IMG/VR virus record: IMGVR_UViG_3300048065_001102 | DNA length: 58,428 nucleotides | Reading direction: 5' to 3' (one strand) | From: an uncultured virus (IMG/VR IMGVR_UViG_3300048065_001102) | Lineage: Duplodnaviria; Heunggongvirae; Uroviricota; Caudoviricetes | Notes under the pieces: generated by a model | Told to the model about the DNA's origin: nothing | Databases searched by the model: none | The model's input: the letters and a program-made list of their open reading frames with translations, nothing else | Shown: piece by piece, positions 47,601 to 56,602 of the stretch | Layout: every line of letters starts with the position of its first letter | Position numbering within the stretch: position 1 is the stretch's first letter | Translations under genes and position numbers: made by a program

Positions 47601-49244
47601 ATGGATTTAGCAGATAAATTAACATGGTCAAAACCCGAAAAGGTCTTGACTAAATTTGGAAGTCGTTGGAAAAAACGATGTTTACTTGACCCTGAATTTG
47701 CAACAGGGTTTTGGGCATTTTGGAAAACGAATTCTGATTATATGAAGAAGCAAGGGTACTCTGTTTCCAAAAATAAAGATACCAAAGATTGGTTCATTAC
47801 ACATTGGGCAACGAGTCGCGAAGACTTGATTGGTGAAGTACCCGAAGCAGAGATTATACTTGAAAGTGATTTACCAAAACGCAAAGTTAAGAAGAGCAAG
47901 GGTCTTCATCCTTGGCAAGTTGATGCAGTATCAAGATTAGCAGCCAGTATTGAAAAACACGGTTCTGCTATGGACGGAAGTGATACAGGTGTAGGTAAAA
48001 CATATTCTGCAATTGGAACTGCACGAGAACTTGGATTGAAAATTGGTATTGTATGTCCAAAGGCAGTTCAAGAAAGTTGGAAACGAGTATCAGAAAATCA
48101 CTTTGGAATTGTACCTGAATTTGTTGTGAATTACGAAAGTCTTCGTACAGGCAATCGAAAGGCAATTGGTACTTGGAAAATGATTGCCAATAAAAATGGT
48201 GGAAGAAGAAAAAAAGTATTTGAATATTGTATTCCGAAAAACACTTTAATTATTTTTGATGAAAGTCATAAACTCAAAGGTAAAACATCTTTGAATAGTA
48301 AACTTGGTATCTTTGCAAAAGAACAAGGATACAAAATTTTAATGGCAAGTGCCACTTCTGCAATTAATCCAATGGATATGCGAGCAATGGGTTATATTCT
48401 TGGATTGCATAACAATACAAGTTTCTGGAGTTGGGTTCGTAAAAACGGATGCTATCAAGGACGATTTGGTTATACTTTCAATGGAGACAAAGAAATTCTT
48501 CGCAATCTTCATAAAGATGTATTCTTGGATAGAGGTATTCGTCTGCGTAGGGATGAAATACCAGGTTTTCCTGAGTGTGATGTTCATAGTATCGCATACG
48601 ACATGGATACCACTGATACAAAGCAAATAACGCAAGTATTCTTTGAAATGAAAGCAGAACTTGAGAAACTCAATAAAGTTGCGAAAACCCAAAAAGAAAA
48701 ACAAGCAAATCAGTTGGTTGTACAATTACGAGCAAGACAAAAATGTGAACTTATTAAAGTTCCTTTGTTTGTGGAACTTGCAGAAGAAGCAATGGAAAAT
48801 GGAATGAGTATCGTTTTGTTTATGAACTTTAAAGATAGCATAGATGCACTGGCAGAACGATTAAAAACTAAATGTATCATTGACGGAAGAAACAAACCCA
48901 AAGAACGACAAGCAAACATTGATGCATTTCAAAAAGATAAAAAACGTGTAATCATTGTTAATGCCCAAGCAGGTGGTGCGGGTATCAGTTTGCACGACCT
49001 TAATGGAAAGTATCCAAGAATGGCATTAATTTCTCCAAGTTACAGTGCAATTATTTTAAAGCAATGTCTTGGACGAGTTCACCGTGATGGATCAAAAACC
49101 AAGGCACTTCAAAGAATTGTATTTGTAGCAAACACAGTTGAAGAAGAAGTTTGTGAAAAGGTTAAAGACAAACTACACAATCTTGATTTAATCAATGATG
49201 GTGTGTTAAGTTTAGATAACGAAAAGTTATTTGAAAGAAAATAA
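47601..49244 (+). CDS. SF2 (SNF2-like) helicase
   Basis: LHPWQ, DTGVGKT, VCPK, DESH, SAT, AGGAGISLH, QCLGRVHR. Confidence 0.9.
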   Translation: MDLADKLTWSKPEKVLTKFGSRWKKRCLLDPEFATGFWAFWKTNSDYMKKQGYSVSKNKDTKDWFITHWATSREDLIGEVPEAEIILESDLPKRKVKKSKGLHPWQVDAVSRLAASIEKHGSAMDGSDTGVGKTYSAIGTARELGLKIGIVCPKAVQESWKRVSENHFGIVPEFVVNYESLRTGNRKAIGTWKMIANKNGGRRKKVFEYCIPKNTLIIFDESHKLKGKTSLNSKLGIFAKEQGYKILMASATSAINPMDMRAMGYILGLHNNTSFWSWVRKNGCYQGRFGYTFNGDKEILRNLHKDVFLDRGIRLRRDEIPGFPECDVHSIAYDMDTTDTKQITQVFFEMKAELEKLNKVAKTQKEKQANQLVVQLRARQKCELIKVPLFVELAEEAMENGMSIVLFMNFKDSIDALAERLKTKCIIDGRNKPKERQANIDAFQKDKKRVIIVNAQAGGAGISLHDLNGKYPRMALISPSYSAIILKQCLGRVHRDGSKTKALQRIVFVANTVEEEVCEKVKDKLHNLDLINDGVLSLDNEKLFERK

Positions 49245-49248
49245 CAAT

Positions 49249-49938
49249 TTATTCATACGAGTCGTATGTATGTCCTTCTAATCCAAAACCTATAAATGGA
49301 TTCAAAGTATAAATATTAGTATCATACTCAGATTTCATTATATCACGAAGTTTCATTGTATCATTTTTAAAATCACGATTGTTCCAATATGTTTGAGTAC
49401 CTTGATTACTTTTCTTAGTGTATTCGTCAAAATATAATTTATTATCAATTGCCAATAAATCATGCCCGCAGATCATTATATTTTTTGCTCCCATATAACC
49501 AGCAAAATGAATCGCCGAGGTAATTGTTGATGTTGATATAAACAACATATCAGAATCTTTTTTTATTGCAGTAGTATTTCCGTGTCCATTTTTGATATGT
49601 TTGAAAAAATAAAACTTGTCTTGATATTTTTCGTATATTTTGTTTAAACTTATATCCGTATTTAGAGTGTATCCATAACCTTTATCCCACTCGGATGCTA
49701 TAACATAATCAGAATTAAATGGTGGATTTTCGCAATTTTGTAATTCATTAAATCCATTTACAACTAAATCTTTGATAACCGTGTAATTGGTTTTATATTT
49801 AACACCTACATGATTTAACCCAATTGTTGTCTTGTTTTCAAAAAAAGATGGATCAACATAGTTCATACTCGAACCTGCACATACGACCCAAATGTCCTCA
49901 TTTAAATGTTTGTTTTTAAATTCATTTATATATTTCAT
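49249..49938 (-). CDS. MptE-like/DUF115 (Maf-type) putative ulosonate transferase
   Basis: WVVCAGSSM...TTIGLN...SAIHFAGYMGAKNIMICGHD. Confidence 0.72.
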   Translation of the reverse strand: MKYINEFKNKHLNEDIWVVCAGSSMNYVDPSFFENKTTIGLNHVGVKYKTNYTVIKDLVVNGFNELQNCENPPFNSDYVIASEWDKGYGYTLNTDISLNKIYEKYQDKFYFFKHIKNGHGNTTAIKKDSDMLFISTSTITSAIHFAGYMGAKNIMICGHDLLAIDNKLYFDEYTKKSNQGTQTYWNNRDFKNDTMKLRDIMKSEYDTNIYTLNPFIGFGLEGHTYDSYE

Positions 49939-50791
49939 TGTAATATCCTGATTCGTTTATTTTTGTTAATAGTGTTTTTTTAGCAAATGAATATGCGTGT
50001 AATATTTTTACTTTATTTGTATATCTTGCATTTACTTTTTTAATGTCTATAATACCATTATATGACATATCGTAATCAACACGACTCGCAAATACATTCC
50101 AAGACATATCATGTTTTTCGTAATAAGGACTTTCGTTTGAAAATATAAAGTAATTTGCATACAGTGCCTGATCTCCGGAATGTCTTAGTGTACCGTCTTT
50201 ATTAAAAATTGTTTCATGATTTACATAAGATAATAAACTATTTCGTGTTTTATTTCGCAAAGAAGACATTCTAATAATTTCTTCATATTTATTACGATTC
50301 TCAAAAAATTTATTAATTAGAATATCATAATTTATTTCGTTTGTATTTGAAACGGAATATACACCTGCATTTAATGTTGTTCCAATTGGATAATGAGATG
50401 TCCCAATAAAAACACGATCATTTATATAACTCCACCACTCTGATAAATCTGATAATAATATCGCATCTAAATCTATATAAATAAATGGTTCGTTTATTTG
50501 CTTCCCAACTTTCATTACATTATACAAATTAAAATTAACATGGTAATTATTATCAAGTTCCGATATATCATATTTATATGGAGAAACATTACCTTTAATA
50601 GTTTTCCAATTTACATTTGATAATCTACTTTCTACTAAATAATTTAAATCGTTTTCCTGTATTTTATCACCATAAATTATGTATACATTAAAATCCTTGG
50701 CAAATTTGTTTACATGAGTTAACCAACACAAAAACAAATTTTTCATAGAAGTATTTCGTTGTTCGTAATCATATAATGTAATTAAATTCAT
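49922..50791 (-). CDS. GT8-like (GT-A) glycosyltransferase
   Basis: FIYIDLDAI, LNAGV, GDQ.L, WN, ILH. Confidence 0.75.
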   Translation of the reverse strand: MNLITLYDYEQRNTSMKNLFLCWLTHVNKFAKDFNVYIIYGDKIQENDLNYLVESRLSNVNWKTIKGNVSPYKYDISELDNNYHVNFNLYNVMKVGKQINEPFIYIDLDAILLSDLSEWWSYINDRVFIGTSHYPIGTTLNAGVYSVSNTNEINYDILINKFFENRNKYEEIIRMSSLRNKTRNSLLSYVNHETIFNKDGTLRHSGDQALYANYFIFSNESPYYEKHDMSWNVFASRVDYDMSYNGIIDIKKVNARYTNKVKILHAYSFAKKTLLTKINESGYYNEIYK

Positions 50792-50795
50792 AATT

Positions 50796-52589
50796 TTATC
50801 CTTGTTTCATATTTCTTTTAAGTTTTGAAATTAATTGTTTATCGTAATTTCTACAATTATGCGTTTTAGTATATTGGTCGAGTTTTCTTATTAATTTGAA
50901 ATCATCATTCATCGTTGATCTTTCATCTTGAAGAATTTCTAAAATAAAGTCAGGATGTAAAGATAAAATTCCTGAAATTGCATAATATGGATGATATGTA
51001 GGTCTATTTAAATTCTGTCGGTATTCTGCACGTGACATTATATATTTTTCATAGTATCTAATTAATGGGAACACTTCATGTAATTTTCTTTTTTTCTTTC
51101 GTATTAATTCTAGCAAAAATAATTCAGATTTTAGATTTCCAGCACCTCTTCCCATGCCCCCTATACACGCATCAATAAAAGTGCAACCATGTCCAATTGC
51201 AGAATCGGTTTTTTCAAGACTATCATCATTATTAGAGTGACCATGAAATCCAAAATTTATTGTTGAATTGTATTTTCTAAGTTCTCTATAAAATTTATGC
51301 AGTTGTATAATTGTACTTTTTTGATTAAACCCACCATATGTGTCTGCTAAGTATAATGCAGATATATCAATGTTATGAAAATATTTACAAACTAATTTTA
51401 TTTCTTTATTACTCATCAAATCTCCACATCCAAAATTCATACACACTTCATAACCCAATTTAATCAATTCATTGCAAATGTAAGATGCTTCCTTAACATC
51501 GTTCTCATCATATTCAGAAATCAGTCCAGTTGTTGTATGCGTTGCACGGGCCAGTAATACCCTAACCATATCTACAGGTGATTCACTTTTATTTGTAAAA
51601 TCGCTTAAATTAAAAGAACCAACCTTTGCCATAACTGCAATCTTACACCCATCAAAAGAATTTTTAATGTTTTTAATATCAGAATCAAGACTATAACACC
51701 AAATGCCTTTACCTTTTATAAATGTGGGATTTGAACGAAATCCTATTTCAAAATAATCAAATCCAGCATTCGAAACTGCTCTATAACAACTCACAACTTG
51801 TTTTTTTGTGAACTTCCAATTGTTAAGATAACCACCGTCTCTCAATGTACAATCTATCAGTTTGACATCGTTTACATTTTTTCTACGATCATATATATCT
51901 GCAATGTCACGTTCATCCGAAATACTATTACTTTTCAAAAATTCTGCCAATATAAAGTCTGTTTTATCGTCTATGTCAAATCCACGAATTGAATCTTTTT
52001 GAATAAATAAAGGATTTTGACCAACGACATTTTTAAATTCCATTACCAATTGCTTTGAAATAATGTTAAATCCAAAATTTAATATATCATACTTTGGTAA
52101 ATCTTGTGAAGGAACTGGATTTTCATAATCATAATTCATAGGTTTATCACCTTCCCATAAAAATTCTTGCATTTTTGTGGTACAATTTACAGAATCGTGA
52201 ATATGATTATTTGCATAATACAATTCAATTGCTTCCTGATAATCAGATACTGAAATAAACGGAGTTGTGCAGGGTGTATGCATAAAAATGTCCGTATCAA
52301 TTATACTTGCAATATGTTTAAAAAATTCTCCGGGTTGATCATTTGTACAAAATTTCTCATCTCTCTTGTGTATTTCTACATTTTGCTTACTAACTGAGTT
52401 TAAAATATCATCACAATCAGAGGTTACTATTATTTTTGAAATTCCCTTTACTTTTTTCAAAGTATGAATTTTTAAAGTCAATAAATCAGTATCACTAAAT
52501 TCTCTTATATTTTTATGTGGACTACGAGTGCTATTTTTCTTTACAGGAATAACAGCCGTAATATCTCCTTTTTTACATTTATCCATCAT
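50796..52589 (-). CDS. Fusion: acylneuraminate/ulosonate cytidylyltransferase plus HMGL-like (DRE-TIM) aldolase
   Basis: AVIPVKKNSTRSPHKNIR...TPF...SQDLP...FDIDD..DF; then IDCTLRDGGY.N.W.F, LADTYG, GFHGHSN, GMGRGAGN. Confidence 0.9.
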   Translation of the reverse strand: MMDKCKKGDITAVIPVKKNSTRSPHKNIREFSDTDLLTLKIHTLKKVKGISKIIVTSDCDDILNSVSKQNVEIHKRDEKFCTNDQPGEFFKHIASIIDTDIFMHTPCTTPFISVSDYQEAIELYYANNHIHDSVNCTTKMQEFLWEGDKPMNYDYENPVPSQDLPKYDILNFGFNIISKQLVMEFKNVVGQNPLFIQKDSIRGFDIDDKTDFILAEFLKSNSISDERDIADIYDRRKNVNDVKLIDCTLRDGGYLNNWKFTKKQVVSCYRAVSNAGFDYFEIGFRSNPTFIKGKGIWCYSLDSDIKNIKNSFDGCKIAVMAKVGSFNLSDFTNKSESPVDMVRVLLARATHTTTGLISEYDENDVKEASYICNELIKLGYEVCMNFGCGDLMSNKEIKLVCKYFHNIDISALYLADTYGGFNQKSTIIQLHKFYRELRKYNSTINFGFHGHSNNDDSLEKTDSAIGHGCTFIDACIGGMGRGAGNLKSELFLLELIRKKKRKLHEVFPLIRYYEKYIMSRAEYRQNLNRPTYHPYYAISGILSLHPDFILEILQDERSTMNDDFKLIRKLDQYTKTHNCRNYDKQLISKLKRNMKQG

Positions 52590-52637
52590 TTATATCTCCC
52601 AAATATCTTCTTTAATAAATATCAAAGAAGATAGTTT

Positions 52638-53291
52638 TTATATTATTCTCAGACTCTTAGAATTTTTTATTTTAGTATCCAATGACGAGTATATATTTGA
52701 TAATCCGGATTTTTGCTCGTTTGTCAGTGTATCAAACGATGTATTTCTATTTCTTTTTTTTGGAAATTTTTCTTCTTGATCAGGTATTTCTAAAAAATCT
52801 AATATTTCACTTAAATGATCCCACCAATATGAGAAGTTTACTAACATACGAGGATATGGTCTTTTTACATTTGTATCAGACCAATTATCATATTGTACTT
52901 CTAATAAAAATGAATCTGTTTTTTCTTCTACAAACTTATCTAATGAATTTGCGTGATTTGGTCTTTTACCTGTAATAGCCATTGCATGACCAGATGCGAT
53001 TTTTCTGTTGAATAAACTCGGAACGATATTGAGAGGAGAATCATAAACAAAAAGTGCTTTACTAATATCTCCATAATTTAAATCACTTCTATTATAGTTG
53101 TTTTCTGGTTTTAAGTACTTATCATCTACATTTGGTGGTTCAACTCTATGTTTTAAACCTTTTGAATTCGCACCAGGACCTGAACTTGAAAGTCCTTCAG
53201 AATTTATCGGACAATTACAAGTTATTCTACTCCTAAACCAAAATAAATTACTTGTAGATGCACACCCTCCCATTGATGTTATTATAATCAT
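52638..53291 (-). CDS. Sulfotransferase-like P-loop-fold protein
   Basis: IITSMGGCAST, KH...P, LFVYDSP, LSEILDFL; TACTTAT 4 nt upstream. Function tentative. Confidence 0.5.
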   Translation of the reverse strand: MIIITSMGGCASTSNLFWFRSRITCNCPINSEGLSSSGPGANSKGLKHRVEPPNVDDKYLKPENNYNRSDLNYGDISKALFVYDSPLNIVPSLFNRKIASGHAMAITGKRPNHANSLDKFVEEKTDSFLLEVQYDNWSDTNVKRPYPRMLVNFSYWWDHLSEILDFLEIPDQEEKFPKKRNRNTSFDTLTNEQKSGLSNIYSSLDTKIKNSKSLRII

Positions 53292-53311
53292 ACATATAAG
53301 TATAATATATA

Positions 53312-55216
53312 CTACTTAATTTCAATGGTACTGCAATTACTATTTGATAAATTCATCCAATGCGGATCATTACCCTCTACAAAATCAAAAAGTAATTCGT
53401 CTGAATTGTTACGATAAGTCTTTCTTTCTGTTAAAACAGGACTATAAACTTTCGCAGTAGGACTCAAAAATGCGGCCACCCAACTAAAACTACTATTTCC
53501 ACGAAAAATGGTTCGTGCAAAATATAATCTCAAGAAATCAGGTAACCAATCAAATAATACATCTTGTATTACTTTTGAACCAACTGGATAACTCCAGCCA
53601 CCTCGTATTGTTGGTTTTCCGACACCCCATTTACCCGTCCAATCATCAGTTGTCCACTCCATTTTACTTTCATCATACCCAAATTTTTTAAATGCATTTA
53701 AGTAACTTTGCTTACTAACTACACTATAAGCCTGTACATGATTTTTATTATATGTGGCATTACTTATATCATCTCGTCTTAAGTGTGCAATATCATAAGT
53801 TCCTTGTTTATCTTCAAGTCGTTTATATATATCAAGATTTTTAACTTCATCTGAAAATTGTAACCATTCTAAAATCTTAGATTTATTGTATGATTTGAAA
53901 TTATCACGTGAATGTATACATAAATCATCAAAAAATACATTTCTGTGCTCTTGTTGACCTTGTGAGTCTGGTCTAAAAAATTGTAAGTTATCACCTGTAC
54001 GTTCATTATAGTTTTTAATTGCTTGAGTACGATATGATAAACTATCCATAGGTTGACGACTTTGATTCACTTCAAGTCTTAATTTTTCATCTGATATAAT
54101 CTTGGCTCCAGAATCTACAAATAATCGTGTACCTTCCCATTCACTTGGTAAATAAAAACTCAATCCATGTCGTTCTGCATATGTTTTTCCAAACATATAA
54201 CTAAATACACGATTTCCAAAACGACCATTCCAATGAACCATTACAATTTTATCTTCTGCCATCGTACTTCTTTTTAATATATTAGATTTCATGGTATTTT
54301 TTTCTTTTATATTTTGTCCTTTAAGTTTAAATTGATAAGATGCGTGTACCCCCTTAATAGACATCCAATGTGGATAGTTACCTTCAACAAAATTAAAATC
54401 TACTTCTTCACCAGGTGCGTATTTATGTAACCAAGGAGCATATACTTTTGCGTTACTTAACCAAGAAGCAAATAAACTAAAAGAACTATTTGATCTAAAA
54501 ATTTTTCGTGCAAACATTATTTTGAGGAAATCGGGTAACCAATTGATTGTCTGTTCTCCTATTTTTGGAATTTTTTTATCATAGTTCCATCCAATTTTTC
54601 TTTCATCTGATACCCACACTATGTCATTTTCAGAAACATCGTAATTTTTAAATGCAGTTTGGTAACTGTTTTTACTTACCATACTATGCCCACCCGAGTA
54701 ATTCTTTTGAGCAATATCTGTTCGTCTGTAATGTGCAACATCATAAGTACCTTGAGCATCTTCAAGTTCTTTATACAAATCAGTTTGCTTTACTTCATCC
54801 GAAAACTCAAAATACTTTTTAATATCAGATAATGACACCTCTTCAAAAAACCAATTACAATCGGTAACAAGATTTATATATGCAGAATTTTCGTGAACTC
54901 CATAAGTATCTTTGTGAGTTGGATCAATTAAAACAACTGAATCGTTATTGCTTTGATTATACTCATCAATTTTTGATTGATTTTTTTTAAACTCAGGCAT
55001 TCGTTTTCCACCACCTGCATATATAAAATTTAACGATGCGAAACTTTTATCAACTACGGGTGCCGGATTTTTAAATAAAACTGACCCTTCCCATGATTTC
55101 CCTACATAGAATTTATGTCCAAATTTATCTTCTATATGCTTACCATACAAATAAGAATGGCATCTATTCCCAAAACGACCAATCCAACTAGCACATATAA
55201 TTTTATTTTTATCCAA
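53312..55216 (-). CDS. Tandem two-domain GT11 (alpha-1,2-fucosyltransferase)-like glycosyltransferase
   Basis: Two copies of W.GRFGNR...AH.RR.DI...WLPDFL...NSSFS. Confidence 0.8.
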   Translation of the reverse strand: MDKNKIICASWIGRFGNRCHSYLYGKHIEDKFGHKFYVGKSWEGSVLFKNPAPVVDKSFASLNFIYAGGGKRMPEFKKNQSKIDEYNQSNNDSVVLIDPTHKDTYGVHENSAYINLVTDCNWFFEEVSLSDIKKYFEFSDEVKQTDLYKELEDAQGTYDVAHYRRTDIAQKNYSGGHSMVSKNSYQTAFKNYDVSENDIVWVSDERKIGWNYDKKIPKIGEQTINWLPDFLKIMFARKIFRSNSSFSLFASWLSNAKVYAPWLHKYAPGEEVDFNFVEGNYPHWMSIKGVHASYQFKLKGQNIKEKNTMKSNILKRSTMAEDKIVMVHWNGRFGNRVFSYMFGKTYAERHGLSFYLPSEWEGTRLFVDSGAKIISDEKLRLEVNQSRQPMDSLSYRTQAIKNYNERTGDNLQFFRPDSQGQQEHRNVFFDDLCIHSRDNFKSYNKSKILEWLQFSDEVKNLDIYKRLEDKQGTYDIAHLRRDDISNATYNKNHVQAYSVVSKQSYLNAFKKFGYDESKMEWTTDDWTGKWGVGKPTIRGGWSYPVGSKVIQDVLFDWLPDFLRLYFARTIFRGNSSFSWVAAFLSPTAKVYSPVLTERKTYRNNSDELLFDFVEGNDPHWMNLSNSNCSTIEIK

Positions 55217-55217
55217 G

Positions 55218-55442
55218 TTACATCTCCGAATTTGGTAAAATAAGTTTTACTGTATCTACTTCCGTTGAATTACTGCACACTGACTTCTCAAACCTAAGAT
55301 TTGTTTTATTAAATTTATATGCAAGATTTTTCGTTTTTGCTTCATAATCATTTAGGTATGCAATTTCAACAATTTCATTGTTTTTATTTAACAAATTATA
55401 TTTGTAAATTGGTAATTTACTAATTTCTATTACATCTATCAT
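55218..55442 (-). CDS. Hypothetical protein
   Basis: ATG 55442 lies 1 nt after the upstream stop codon. Confidence 0.55.
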   Translation of the reverse strand: MIDVIEISKLPIYKYNLLNKNNEIVEIAYLNDYEAKTKNLAYKFNKTNLRFEKSVCSNSTEVDTVKLILPNSEM

Positions 55443-55443
55443 A

Positions 55444-55695
55444 TTATTCTTCCCAATTAGTTTTATCAAGTTCTGAGTGAACATATCCACATTTAAAATT
55501 AAATGTATTTGAAAACATCATAAAACCAATTATAAAATACGGTTCCCATGTGGCATATCCAAATGAATACAGAGAAATAAATGCTACACATAAAAGTGGC
55601 ATATAACGATTTAGTAAGTATGTAATAACTCCAAATACTAAACATAATGTAGACTCTGAATCGTTTGATTCATTTACTTCAATTTTCTCATTCAT
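55444..55695 (-). CDS. Small membrane protein
   Basis: Two or three hydrophobic segments; ATGA overlap with the upstream gene. Confidence 0.65.
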   Translation of the reverse strand: MNEKIEVNESNDSESTLCLVFGVITYLLNRYMPLLCVAFISLYSFGYATWEPYFIIGFMMFSNTFNFKCGYVHSELDKTNWEE

Positions 55696-56285
55696 AACTT
55701 ATTTATTTTTTGTTCTAGTTTCCACATCAAATCTTGAATAAGATCAAGAGATGTTCTAATACATCTAAGAATCTTAATCATAGGTGATTTGATGATATTA
55801 GTATATATACGATAATATAAACTATTATACATATTTGCTCGTTTTATTGCAAGTTGTTTAATTTTTTGATCGTGTGCGAGACGTTCTGAATTATCTATTA
55901 ATACAATTTCAGGTTTATGATTTACAACATATCCGTTATTAAATTCAAACTCAATGGTAATTCCCGCATCAACTTGTTTAGATATAACTTCAGTTTTTAC
56001 ACTAATCTTACCGGTGAATTCTACACGATCCCATCTTGTATTTTTAATTCTTGCGTAAGTTGTACCATTCCAAATTACACCAGGTTCTCCTATTTTATCC
56101 TCTTCTACTTTTTCATATTCTGTAAAATTGTGACACAACTCACCATTTTTTCGTATTAAAAACTCACCAACTTTTTTATCAATAGGTTCAGTCAAGAATA
56201 CTATCTTTTCCCAATCTCGGTTAATTGCATTTTTCTCTGCATCACTAAGGTCTAGCAGAAATTTACACTTTAAATAGTTGTACAT
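55692..56285 (-). CDS. Hypothetical protein
   Basis: 197-aa ORF downstream of a sigma70-like promoter. Confidence 0.7.
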   Translation of the reverse strand: MYNYLKCKFLLDLSDAEKNAINRDWEKIVFLTEPIDKKVGEFLIRKNGELCHNFTEYEKVEEDKIGEPGVIWNGTTYARIKNTRWDRVEFTGKISVKTEVISKQVDAGITIEFEFNNGYVVNHKPEIVLIDNSERLAHDQKIKQLAIKRANMYNSLYYRIYTNIIKSPMIKILRCIRTSLDLIQDLMWKLEQKINKL

Positions 56286-56291
56286 TATTTT

Positions 56292-56320
56292 ATACTACAA
56301 AAAATATTATAAAAAGTCAA
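56292..56320 (-). promoter_or_regulatory. Sigma70-type promoter
   Basis: TTGACT-17 nt-TAGTAT, ending 6 nt before ATG 56285. Confidence 0.6.
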
Positions 56321-56328
56321 GGTTTATT

Positions 56329-56598
56329 TTAAAAATCATAATAATTAGAATTATCATTGTTATTTCTTTTTTCCGACTCAAGCATTTCTATAATTGTCTT
56401 CTTTAGTTTACTTTCATAAACTTTATCTTCAAGATATTTAGTACAATATTTCTCTAACTTATTTAGATCATCTCCAATAATACTTGCTGAAATTACCGTG
56501 AGAATTGTATATAATTCAGGATTCGTATCTTTTACTTTATCGGCAAGTGAGTTCAGTGTAGAAACTTCAATTCCATACTCTGGATTTAATGAAACCAT
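56329..56598 (-). CDS. Hypothetical protein
   Basis: 89-aa ORF, tightly packed. Confidence 0.65.
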   Translation of the reverse strand: MVSLNPEYGIEVSTLNSLADKVKDTNPELYTILTVISASIIGDDLNKLEKYCTKYLEDKVYESKLKKTIIEMLESEKRNNNDNSNYYDF

Positions 56599-56602
56599 TT
56601 AT

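Noticed and set aside
47601..49244. Intein in the helicase or ClpC
   Set aside because: Motif spacing is normal and no C...HN splice junctions were seen.
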